36,542 nucleotides of DNA from positions 93,809,262-93,845,803 of the forward strand of contig NC_068984.1 in the NCBI RefSeq assembly GCF_001194135.2, written 5' to 3'. This DNA is from Octopus bimaculoides. Its lineage: Eukaryota. Shown here in pieces: positions 10,822 to 21,885 of the stretch. The notes under the pieces were generated by a model. It searched no databases, was not told the origin of the DNA, and saw nothing but the letters and a program-made list of their open reading frames with translations. A program made the position numbers and the translations under genes. The stretch's first letter is position 1, and every line of letters begins with the position of its first letter.

Positions 10822-11089
10822 AGGTCATGCTACTCCAGACTGATGACGAGCAAAGACACAGAAACATGTCTCTGGATGCAGGCTTAGTTGGGTGGAGGTG
10901 CTTGTAAACATTAGGGCACAGGAAATGTGTCAAGGCCGACAGGAAGCGGTGCAGCTTCCTAGGTCTAACCAACAATAGTATTATTCCCTTCAAGGGACTG
11001 TTACATTAAGTTGACAGCATACAACTACTTCATTGTATCACTACTGCATAAATCTCTCTCAGAGATTTAGAAATGTATTATTTCTAAAA
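10822..11089 (+). mobile_element. HHR repeat array (family 1), right part, continuing the monomer interrupted by Tx1
   Basis: Resumes ggtcatgctactccagactgatga. 10906-11086 repeats 5124-5296. The right TSD is aagaaaaacgta (11090-11101), one mismatch from the left copy. Confidence 0.9.
10834..10876 (+). ncRNA. Type I hammerhead ribozyme (family 1, copy C; best core)
   Basis: TCCAGA (10834-10839), CTGATGA (10840-10846), cgag caaaga caca, GAAA (10861-10864), CATGT, C (10870), TCTGGA (10871-10876). The GUC site predicts cleavage after 10870. Helix II is weak in this copy. Confidence 0.75.
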
Positions 11090-11199
11090 AAGAAAAACGT
11101 ACTTTTAAATAACAAATATTGTATTAAAAAGCAATACAATAGAATCTATCACAATGAACTGTTTTTTTAAGTATAATGTACAGCATTTACCTTGGAAAT

Positions 11200-12867
11200 C
11201 AGACGACTTGTTAATACTGATGGAGGTTGAGGAGAAAGGCTAAACTGAATTACTGAATATTATGAATCAATGTTATAGTTGTCCTTCCAGAACTCTCGAA
11301 GGGTGAGGTATGTGCTCTCCGACACCTCAAAGCAGTAGCAGAACAGGTGCTTGGTGAAGAGCTTCTTGAAATTAGAAATCTCCTGCTGGTCCATGAGCTG
11401 CAGGATAGGGGTGGTGTTGGGTGGAAGGTGGAGAACCTTTGTAAACTTGAATGAGGATGTCATTTTCGAGGTTAGGTGGGTGACCAAGTACATTGTCCAG
11501 AACATGAAGGGCTTGCAAGGGTAGGTTATTTTCCTGGATATATGTCTTAATGTCAGGATGAAAGACCAAATTCATCCACTCCACAAAGAACTGCCTGATG
11601 ACCCACGTCCTTGGATTTGCCCTCCACATAACCTGCAGCTTTTCTTTCAGAATCTTATGTGACTTGAATGCTCTGAGGTTTTCCAAATGATAAACGAGCA
11701 GCGGCTTAATCTTGACGCACAGTGCAAGGGTTAGCCTATCTTTCATGGGTTTGACTTGGCATCCTCTTCTCCTCTGCCATTATATAAGTCCTCCTTGGCA
11801 TCTTCTTCCAAAAAAGTCCTGTCTTGCAACATTTCAAGACTTGGTGGGGGATGTATCCTTCGGCTGCTATAATTCTGGCAAAAGTTTTGAGGTAGGCACA
11901 GGAGTGGCTGTGTGGTAAGTAGCTTGCTTACCAACCACATGGTTCTAGGTTCAGTCCCACTGCGTGGCACCTTGGGCAAGTGTCTTCTACTATAGCCTCA
12001 GGCTNNNNNNNNNNNNNNNNNNNNNNNNNNNNNNNNNNNNNNNNNNNNNNNNNNNNNNNNNNNNNNNNNNNNNNNNNNNNNNNNNNNNNNNNNNNNNNNN
12101 NNNNNNNNNNNNNNNNNNNNNNNNNNNNNNNNNTGTGTGTGTGTATATGTTTGTGTGTCTGTGTTTGTCCCCCCAACTTCGCTTGACAACCGATGCTGGT
12201 GTGTTTACGTCCCCTTAACTTAGCGGTTTGGCAAAAAAGATTGATAGAATAAGTACTAGGCTTACAAAGAATAAGTCCTGGGGTCGATTTGCTCGACTAA
12301 AGGCAGTGCTCCAGCATGGCTGCAGTCAAATGACTGAAACAAGTAAAAGAGTAAAGAGTAATCCTCAACTGTCTTCATATCCGCTCTCACTGCCTCACCA
12401 TGCCTGATAAGGGGGTGAATGCCGGTCTTCTTTTTAAAATTCTCGAACCAGCCCTGACAGGGTTTTAAATGGCTCATCCAATGCCTCTTATGTACAAGTG
12501 CCTGGGGTCTGCTGCAGCAAATCAGTGTAAATAGCTCGTGCCTTCTCGCCGATTATAGCCTCCATCACAGTATCTCCTGCAAGCTGACATCTGTCAACCA
12601 CACCATCAGCAGCTTCCCCATATTTTCATGGATAGATGTCCGCTGTTTAGAAATTATTTCAATGTCCTTGGCTGTCATTATAGCCTTTATCGACTCCTTC
12701 TGCTTCAGTATGGTGCAAATCGTAGAAGTACTACACTCGTACTACTTTGCCATGTCAACTACATACACACCTTGGTCATGTTTTCCAAGAATTTCTTTCT
12801 TTAATTCCATGCACATCATCCGCTTCTTCTCACCACTGTCCTTCACACTCACTTTCTTCGGACCCAT
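11200..12867 (-). pseudogene. Tigger/TIGD1-like transposase (CENP-B HTH plus DDE), decayed and split by a SINE
   Basis: MGPKKVSVKD...MELKKEILGKHDQGV; KPCQGWFENFKKKTGIH; MKDRLTLALC; WRANPRTWV; LDNVLGHP; LPPNTTPILQLMDQQEISNFKKL. Confidence 0.9.
11895..12360 (+). mobile_element. tRNA-derived SINE (family A) inserted in Tigger
   Basis: A-box-like TGGCTGTGTGG and B-box-like GGTTCAGTCCC, internal (TG)n, tail cagcatggctgcagtcaaatgactgaaacaagtaaaagag. Homologous to 20895-21210 and 28215-28601. Confidence 0.85.
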
Positions 12868-13248
12868 GGTTAGAAAGAGGAAGTTTTGCAAAATAACTGC
12901 AAGCACAACACTGATGCTTCTGTAGCATTTTACCACCAGTTTAGCTAATGATCCACTAACTATCTTTGCACTTGCTAACTTGCGTGTCTGTCTAGCTATC
13001 GATCTACTAATGATCTTCACACTTGCTAACATGCATATATGTCAAGCTATCGAGTGAGACACGGGATGCTGGGCAGATGTTATGGCATTCACTGTGGCAT
13101 TCTCTATGCCAACTAGCAGTGGGGTATCTGAAGCTGGCTCATAACCTGAATTTTAGCTCGAAACTCAAAGCACAAAATCAGCCAAGAGGCAGATCATATC
13201 TTGAAAAACTTGTTAGTTGGGACACTTGTAAGTCAAGGTACCACTGTA

Positions 13249-13730
13249 TATTGTTTGCTCTTGTTGATTGGAATATTACTTGTTCCATGTATAACTTGGT
13301 GAGGTTGAGCAGTTCCACTTCATTCACATCACTCATTCCTGAGAGGAAAAGACCTTCAGGCCATCCTATATTGGTCAGGTTGAAGTCTCCCATGAGCTGT
13401 ACAATGATGTGTTGTGCTATTTTGATTAAGACTTAAGATTGGAAGGCAGTCTTCAAATAGGTTGGTATGATTTGGAGATCTGGTGGGGGATAAGTAGTAC
13501 ATATAACTATATTGAGTTGTCTTAAATGTATAATTAGTGTGTCACACAAGTTTGAGTGTGACAAAAGGATCTGGGGTGTGAGGTCTTCATGAATGTACAT
13601 TGCAACTCCACCATGTCTCCTGTCTTTCCTATTGAGTAGGTGATGGGTCTTCTTTGAAATATCAGAGTGTAAAATATTGCTTATGCATACAGGGAAAGAA
13701 GGTTTCATTCCCAAAACTTAAAATATTATA
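13249..13730 (-). mobile_element. 5' part (APE endonuclease) of the CR1-like LINE that continues at 4652
   Basis: RKDRRHGGVAMYIHEDL, MGDFNLTNIGW and QSTRANNI join in frame to LDHCFTNN at 4652 once Tigger is removed. Confidence 0.8.
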
Positions 13731-13789
13731 TTTTGATTGGAAGATGTTTAGCTTTTCAGTAATGCAAAGCTCACATTTGCTGCCCCGTC

Positions 13790-15480
13790 CTCTGTATATT
13801 TTGGACGTGATATAAAAGTCTTTGATAAAATCAACCTTATGTCACAAACTGTATAATCTTAGCATAGTCAGAAAACTTGGAAAATGGCTACATGACTTTC
13901 TAAAAGATAGAAGTTAGGCAGTGATAACCAATGGAGCCTACTCTAAGGAGACACAAATGGTGAGTGGTGTTTCACAGGGCACTGTCTTAGAGCCACTGCT
14001 ATTCATAGCGGCCCACTCAGACATACCCTCAGCTGCTCAGATAGTCATCCTTGATGATACAAAAGTCCGACACCTCAAAGCAGTAGCAGAACAGGTGCTT
14101 GGTGAAGAGCTTCTTGAAATTAGAAATCTCCTGCTGGTCCATGAGCTGCAGGATAGGGGTGGTGTTGGGTGGAAGGTAGAGAACCTTTGTAAGCTTGAAT
14201 GAGGATACAGAACCATGGAGATGTTGCACATCTGCAACAGGGGTTGCATGCAATATACAGGTAGGCTGAGGAAAATAGCATGCAGTTAAGTGCTGGAAAA
14301 TTCCAAGCCCTGTGCTAGCAACACATGAAGCTGAATGAAATGCATATATGGATACACTGGCGCAGGAGGGATTGCAATCCCCTAATCAGAAAGCCATGAT
14401 GGTCCTCTGGAAGACATTTATCCTCAACTGATGAGATTACTACTCCCAACTGTGGTCACCACATAGTGTAAAATTAATGGTAGAATTTGAAAGCAATCCA
14501 GTGGACCCACACAAAGAAAATTGTCTCAATGCAACATATCAGCTATTGGGAAAGGCTACAAAATTAAGTTTCTACCAAAGCCAGGAAAGATATACAGTGA
14601 TATACATCTGGAAAATCTTGGGAGGATTTGTACCAAACTTCGGCATTGAAAGTTACATAAACAGTAGAACAGGGCACCATTGCATAGTACTGTAGTGATT
14701 ATTCTCCAAGGCAGAATTTGGGATCCATGTTGGTTGGTCACCAATTTATGTGGTGATTATATATAGTCAGTACCAGGCGTTGATGTGGCTGTGTGTATAT
14801 TATTATATGAACATATAGAGATGAAGAATAAATTCAAGAACTATATATTTACTACATAAAAATATATTTTATTTACTGTTGATGATGATACATAATCAAA
14901 ATGTAGAATCTAATTGAATGAAGTAATCTATGCAAGAAAGTTCAGAGATAGGAAATATAGAAATAACAGCTAAGTGGTAACTTTCAGTCATGTGGCATAG
15001 AGAAATAAACGGACATAGCAATGACGTGAATGGCTCTAAGTCTAATCAACTAAGAAGCAAGGAGCAGGGTTAGCAAGCTGATTTTATCAATGGAACGCTA
15101 GACATTCTAGAAACTTCCAAGAAAAATGCTAAGCTTCTTGAATAATTAAGAATCATGTCTCATGACACAGATGCTTCAAGAAACTTAGTAAAGAGAGATT
15201 ACTTTATATTCTCTCTTGCAAGAGAGATCATTCAACTATCTAGCTACCACTACAGTACTAAAGATCCCAACATTGCCATCAAGATACAGAACTAAGTACT
15301 GCAACAGCTTGGGTTTCACAGGGCCACAACTCTCCAATATCATTCCAAAAAGCCTGGGTCACCTGCATGGTGTGGATGTAGGTAAAACAAAACTGGATCT
15401 CCTCCTGTCAAGGATTCCAGATGAGCCTACCTCATGGCAGGAAATGCAGACGAGAGTAGCAGTCAAAAACAAAAATGGGA
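13790..15480 (+). mobile_element. Second CR1-like LINE fragment (RT to 3' end), interrupted at 14066-14206 and 14691-15254
   Basis: GKWLHDFLKDR, VSGVSQGTVLEPLLFI, DDTKV, EENSMQLSAGKFQAL and RYRTKYCNSLGFTGPQLSNIIPKSL. Same family as 2790-4437. Confidence 0.8.
14691..15254. mobile_element. Probable solo LTR (Gypsy-like termini)
   Basis: Begins TGTAGTG and ends CACTACA, flanked by a GTAC 4-bp direct repeat (14687-14690 / 15255-15258). Removal restores the CR1 sequence catagtactaaag. An alternative reading is a TA-TSD MITE with 8-bp TIRs. Confidence 0.6.
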
Positions 15481-15829
15481 CAAACATGAATGAATGGAAA
15501 TATGAGAGTGATTGAGAGGACCTGGGATGATATGTAAGTGTTTGATCTTGATCAAAAGCATGTAAGAACAAAGTTCACATTTAGAGCTTTCAAATGGTAT
15601 ATAATTATGCACAGAAAAATGTATTTTGTCATAAAAATGATCAAGCAAAATGTAGATTTTTGCATGGTCAAACTGTGCTTGTCGCCCCTTCTACAGAACT
15701 TTACAGCAATACTTATTTTTATAATTTGTCCAACAGTGTGATGCCTATGTCTCTAATGCATCTTCTTTGGCCTTGGAGCAGTTTACAATGGTACTGCAAT
15801 ACCAATCACTGGGCATAACACCTTTCTGT

Positions 15830-16230
15830 ATTTACAATTTGAGTAACTAGCCAGTACCTTACTTTGCTAGATATTTCAAGAATCTTAATTATTCTTGATG
15901 GATCAGCTGCTTTCCCTACTTCCACATCCTTAATTACTCTATCTACCATACTGCTGTCCACTTGCATGGCTTGTGTCTCTGTTGGGCTTCCTTTAGGTAG
16001 ATGCTCTCTATCCTATGCATTGTCTACATTCAACAGCCTTACTTGCCTTTTACTTTTCAGTGTGAGATTGTGCCATTATCATTCCGTATACACTTTCAAC
16101 AACTTGATATTTTTGTAGAATACTCTCTAACCATCCTTTCTTACAAGAAACTCTCTGCCTCTGATTTTCACATCACAAAGCACGACTGCAGTAGCTTCTG
16201 GTCTTTGCAAAGGGCATGATTACTGGCCCT
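15830..16230 (-). mobile_element. RTE-like LINE ORF fragment (region upstream of RT)
   Basis: Minus-strand KCIRNDNG and AMQVDSSMVDRVIKDVEVGKAADPSRIIKILEISSKVRYWLVTQIVN resemble the RTE 'KxGKAxGPxGI' region. Confidence 0.55.
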
Positions 16231-17945
16231 TTCTGCAAATCAAATCAATAATAAAAAGTTTAGGAAAAAAATTTAATAAAGACTCAATATTGTATGCTCA
16301 ACACAAGCATAAAAAGATCAATATTTAAAGGATTTCAGTGTTCTGTGACAACAGTTGATAAACCATTAAAAAGAGTTGATAATTTGAAATATTTATTGAA
16401 AAGAACAATGATTGTTAGTTTAAATTAATATATGTTTCTCTTTGTAGAGACAGATATCTTTAGTAAATTAAGTAGAAACCAATGCATCTGATGTGTCAGT
16501 TGCACAATAGTTTTTAGAGAAGAGATGAATTGAAATCTATGAATTGCTTGCTAAAATTAGTGGATATTTTCTGATAACTATATGTTTTCTCTTATTGCTG
16601 GGTGTAGTTCAAATGAAACTATAATAACTAATAGTGATTCAGAATTAAAAAAACAAGAGCTGATTTTGTTTTTATTTAGTTGCTCTTAGAAAGCTTTCTA
16701 CTAGCAATTTCAAATGAAGTACAGCATTGTAGTAGAATACATGTCTCTGTGATACTTTTACTCTAATTTTTTTTAAAGTAACATTCATTATTTCCATGTA
16801 ATTTTTGTTTTAATGGTTTACCATTTTATTTATAACGTACTGTGCAGAAAATGTGATAGATTACACCTGCAATTTAAAATGTATATATTTTGATTCAAAA
16901 CTACTTACACATTTTTTGTTTCTTTTTTAGAGTTTTTAAGAGTTTATATATAGCCCAAACTAATTTTTTTGGAAGAAAGTACTAAATATGGCTGCAAGGA
17001 TTGTCATTGCTGCAAGAATAACAGATCATATTAAACTTACCCTAAAAAAACTTGTAAGTATTTTTATTAACATCTGTAAATTTACTTATTCCAGAAACTA
17101 AACTATTAACTTACAACATACTGTTGAAAATCTTTTAAGTAACATTGGCTCACTCCTGTAATGATTGAGCAGAAAATTCCTAAAAATGCATTGCTTTATT
17201 CAAATGTTTAAATAAATATTTATGTGCTTTGTGTGCTTCAAGATCCACTGTTTCAGAAAAGAGTTCCTTCATGTTAACTTAAAAGCTTGTAAGTTCTTAT
17301 GAATCAACAACATACATTTCTCATTGGAAAGAATAAAGTTTCTAAAATGGATAAACAAATTCAAAAGATTTTTTTCTCCAACGGTAGAATGCTTGTCATG
17401 TCTACAGGAAATACAGGTTTAAGTCCTTTGGGCAGTCTTTGAATTTACTATTCAAAAAGGGTTTTACAACCTAATATTTATATGCTGTTATTTCCTAACA
17501 TTTTGTATGCTTCAAGATTCACACTTCCAATTTGAAATTTCATGAATTCTCCTATGACCTCAACAAGTTACATTCAACTGTCTTTAACCATTTAATTTGG
17601 AAGCACAATGTAGACTACATGTATTCAAATGGGCTCCAGTTCCTCTCCTTTTGTGTAAAACATCAACTTGTCAGGCCAAGCAAAAGACACTTGGGAGTAA
17701 CTGCAGTGAGGAAATTGGCATCTCCTGGACTGTGTCATTGTTTGTCTTTGTGATATTCGTTATGTCTTTCTCAGAGTCATAAGAGTTGCAGAGTGCTAGA
17801 TAAATCAGTCTTATTTCTTATGCAACTGAAAGAAAGCAAACAAAACCTTGTCTTGGAGTTACATTTCTTCGAAATTCCAAAACTAAACTGATGTTCCAGA
17901 ATAAACTTCACTCAGAGCTCAATAATGTATATATTCCATCCTTGG

Positions 17946-17992
<47 letters not shown>

Positions 17993-18469
17993 NNNNNNNN
18001 NNNNNNNNNNNNNNNNNNNNNNNNNNNNNNNNNNNNNNNNNNNNNNNNNNNNNNNNNNNNNNNNNNNNNNNNNNNNNNNNNNNNNNNNNNNNNNNNNNNN
18101 NNNNNNNNNNNNNNNNNNNNNNNNNNNNNNNNNNNNNNNNNNNNNNNNNNNNNNNNNNNNNNNNNNNNNNNNNNNNNNNNNNNNNNNNNNNNNNNNNNNN
18201 NNNNNNNNNNNNNNNNNNNNNNNNNNNNNNNNNNNNNNNNNNNNNNNNNNNNNNNNNNNNNNNNNNNNNNNNNNNNNNNNNNNNNNNNNNNNNNNNNNNN
18301 NNNNNNNNNNNNNNNNNNNNNNNNNNNNNNNNNNNNNNNNNNNNNNNNNNNNNNNNNNNNNNNNNNNNNNNNNNNNNNNNNNNNNNNNNNNNNNNNNNNN
18401 NNNNNNNNNNNNNNNNNNNNNNNNNNNNNNNNNNNNNNNNNNNNNNNNNNNNNNNNNNNNNNNNNNNNN

Positions 18470-20694
18470 CATGTAAAGATGATGTTGTAGCAATTTTTTT
18501 TCTTTTTTTACTTACTATATCCTTAGAAATTAAATAAATGAAATAACAAATCTGTTTCTATATCATGTCTTTTCATACACACGTTGCCTAAAAGGGAGCC
18601 TGCTTCTTCTTCTTTATCAAAACTTTATCACTATCATAACATCTGCTAACAACAATACAATAATAGTGGTTCATGTGACTGAAATGTTCTAAACAGTGAC
18701 AGTCAGCTTGGTGTATAAGTAACCATTTACCTATACTTCATATAAAATCACAAACTGTCTAGTCAAGTGAAATTTATAATTATTTTATACCCATACCAAT
18801 ATGCAACCACCAGCAAAAAGAAGAAAATTGAAAGTTATAGCAGTAGCCAAAGTTCGAACAATTGTGCTGGTGCTAGAACATTCAGTGTTACTGAGAAGAT
18901 GGTACAAGAGTTGAGAAAGAATGAGGAAAAATTAACAGATGCAAAAATAAAAATGTGTTATGAGAAGAAGCATTCATTGGCTGAAGTTGGAAAATGGGTA
19001 CTCCAACAGAGACAAGTTGGCTACATTGTAAAATAGAAAAATATCTTATGCCCTAAATCATATAAAGAAGAAAGTAAAAATTTTAAAGCAACAGTAGGCT
19101 GGTGCAATTGTTTTATGAACAGAAAATATCTGGTAATAAGGGAGAAAACAAAAATCACCCATAAACTTCCAAGAGATCTTGATCACAAAGTAACCATTTT
19201 TCACCAGTTCATCTTCAAACTGAGAAAAAGGCATCAGTTTCCATTGTTTTATATTGGAAATATGGATGAAACTTCATTAAACTTTGATATGCTGGGTAAC
19301 AAAATGGTAGATTTGAAGGGAGTAAAAACAGTACATGTTAAAATCACAGGATATGAGAAAATGAGGATTATGGTGGTATTATCATGCATGGCCGAGAGTA
19401 CAAAATTAAAACCCATGGTTATTTTTAAATGTAAAACAAAGCCCAAAATAGATTTTCCTCCTGGCGTTTTTGTTCATTTTCACAAGAAAGGATGGATGGG
19501 CGAGACTGGTGTGAAATTATGGATTGAGAATATTTGGAACAGGTGGCAGTGGCATATGAAACGTACGCAGTTTATTGGTTTAAGATATGCTTTGTAGCCA
19601 CGTAACAGCAAATACTAAAACCCAGTTATCCAAAACCAATACTGATATGCTGTTATTCCTGGTAGTTTGACTTCTATACAGCAGCCACTTGATGTCAGTT
19701 TAAACAAACCATTTAAAGATAATGTGAGAGAGCAATGGAATGACTGAATGATGAGTGGAGAAAAATCTTTTACAAATGGTGGAGTTATGTGTGCTGTCTC
19801 AGTTGATGTTCTCTGTGATTTTGTTATAAAGGCATGTGACAAAGTTAAAGTAGAAAATGTGGTAAAATTACTTTTAAAAATACGGTATCTCTAATGCCAT
19901 GGATGGTACCGAAGATGATATTCTGTACAATAGTGACAACGAAGTCAAAATCGATTCAGCAGAACCAGACTGGAATCCTTATGATGATGGCATATGTGAT
20001 GAATCTTGTAATATGTATGAGAAACTTTTATAAACATGTATTGATGATTGTGAGGAATTTGATGGGTTTTTAGATAAATACATGTGGCAGGTTTGATGTT
20101 TTATTAATATTATTTAACTTGATAAGAAATTTTTAAAAAATTATAATGTCTTATGTTTCAATTGCAACTACACTGTAAAATAATTTTATTGCAAAATATA
20201 GGTTGTGTGTAATCCAAATTGTGTTATTTACCACCAAATGATAATAGATATTTTATGAAAAATATAAATATGTTATTCTAAATGTTATTATTACAGTTGT
20301 ACATTACCATTAAAATTTTTGGAAGGTTAGCAAAAGATAAAGGTTACTGTAAGTGCAATGATGACTCGATGTTTACATTTTCTCTGCCAAGCTTGCATAG
20401 ATAAAAGTTGATTTCAATTAAATAGAATTATATCTCGAACAGGCTATTTATTATGAAGATATGCCAAATATATATAAAGTAAAAATGTTTTTATTACCTA
20501 TATTATAATTTTTTCTTATTTTGTTAATCTGTTCATGTATGTCTATGTTTATCGCACCGAGGTTGAGGTTAGCCTATTTATAAAATCACTTAAAATTCAA
20601 AGTTTGATATTTAGAATGGTTGTATAAGACAACCCCAAATTTTTAGGGTAAATTTTAGGATTTAAAGGTTGCCTTATATGTGGAAATATATATA
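18470..20694 (+). mobile_element. pogo-family DNA transposon (POGK-like transposase), decayed; left end lies in an N gap
   Basis: SNNCAGARTFSVTEKMV (Brinker-like), FKATVGWCNCFMNR, IGNMDETSL, KLKPMVIFK, KGWM, VIPGSLTSIQQPLDVSLNKPFKDNVREQW. TIR-like right end ggttgccttatatgtggaaatata. Confidence 0.8.
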
Positions 20695-20894
20695 NNNNNN
20701 NNNNNNNNNNNNNNNNNNNNNNNNNNNNNNNNNNNNNNNNNNNNNNNNNNNNNNNNNNNNNNNNNNNNNNNNNNNNNNNNNNNNNNNNNNNNNNNNNNNN
20801 NNNNNNNNNNNNNNNNNNNNNNNNNNNNNNNNNNNNNNNNNNNNNNNNNNNNNNNNNNNNNNNNNNNNNNNNNNNNNNNNNNNNNNNNNNNNNN

Positions 20895-20970
20895 CTTCTA
20901 CTATAGCCTCGGGCCAACCAAAGCCTTGTGAGTGGATTTGGTAGACGGAAACTGAAAGAAGCCCGTTGTA

Positions 20971-21039
<69 letters not shown>

Positions 21040-21210
21040 TTGTGTGTCTGTGTTTGTCCTCCTAGCATTGCTTAACAACCGATGCTGGTGTGTTTATGTC
21101 CCCGTCACTTAGCGGTTCGGCAAAAAGAGACCGATAGAATAAAGACTAGGCTTCCAAAGAATAAGTCCCGGGGTCGATTTACTCGACTAAAGGCGGTGCT
21201 CCAGCATGGG
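20895..21210 (+). mobile_element. tRNA-derived SINE (family A); head lies in the N gap
   Basis: cttctactatagcctcgggccaaccaaagccttgtgagtggatttggtagacggaaac...ggcggtgctccagcatgg, homologous to 11895-12360. Confidence 0.85.
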
Positions 21211-21804
21211 AGCGGGTAAAAGGGGGGAGTTTTCAACTTTCAAAACACGGTAGATAGCGTTGATGCCAGGAACCGCGTACGTAGTAGAATGCCTGTGTAT
21301 ACATACTTGTATATGTATACATGTGAGTGAGGGGATATCTGAGTATGGTTATGCACATGGACTCATATATATGTATTGGAGTGTCTATAGCTATTTGTAT
21401 GACCTCATGTACTGTTTGTAGGCTTTTTATGTGCCTTATATTTTTATGTTTTTATATATTTTTATATTTTCTATGTTATACTTTTATTTTTCATTTATTT
21501 ATTTTTATTATTATTTTTTTCTTGCTGTACCCTTATTTTTATTTTCATTTTTATCTTTATTTTTATTTTTGTTTTTGTTTCTATTTCACCTTTGTTTTTA
21601 CCTCTTACTCTATATTTGTATGAAATTCTTTGTGAATCTCTGAAGAGTACTAGCGAATCGTGCATGTACCCCCATTTCAGCATTTCATCCGATAATCACT
21701 CCAGCAGGAACTATTCGGATAGAATGGGGCATGCCAAAGCTAGGCCAAAACAGCTGTAAGATTAAACTTTTGTTCATTCTCTAATTCCTTATGTACTTTG
21801 TACT

Positions 21805-21865
<61 letters not shown>

Positions 21866-21885
21866 ACATGCACACATATATATAT
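21805..21885. repeat. Compound microsatellite (TA)n(GA)n(CA)n; similar tracts at 17948-17992, 20969-21050, 24923-24955, 30690-30712, 33820-33845 and 34066-34170
   Basis: Directly visible dinucleotide and trinucleotide runs. Confidence 0.95.

Larger units (their letters stand above)
4655..13246 (-). mobile_element. Tigger (pogo-like Tc1/mariner) DNA transposon carrying nested insertions
   Basis: TIRs CAATCGTACCTTGACTTATGA (4655) and, as reverse complement, CAGTGGTACCTTGACTTACAA (ends 13246) match at 17/21. TA TSD at 4653-4654 and 13247-13248. Removing the element restores the CR1 reading frame TRANNI-LDHCFTNN. Confidence 0.9.

Noticed and set aside
11595-11601. CTGATGA inside the Tigger transposase, and another at 14428-14434 in CR1
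   Set aside because: No downstream GAAA with flanking helices; explained by the coding sequence of the host element.
16975-17200. Apparent exon (NMAARIVIAARITDHIKLTLKKL followed by gtaagt)
   Set aside because: The peptide resembles the L2/CR1 LINE C-terminal QNxAAR..DHI..L..LHWL motif, no spliced frame continues cleanly, and the similarity is too short to annotate confidently either way.
21327-21683. Phe/Tyr/Ile-rich or Lys/Ile-rich ORFs
   Set aside because: Translations of low-complexity (TTTTTA)n-like sequence.
21630-21700. CTGAAGA-GTAC...GTAC, a possible hammerhead core
   Set aside because: No GAAA after the putative helix II and no helix I or III could be built.
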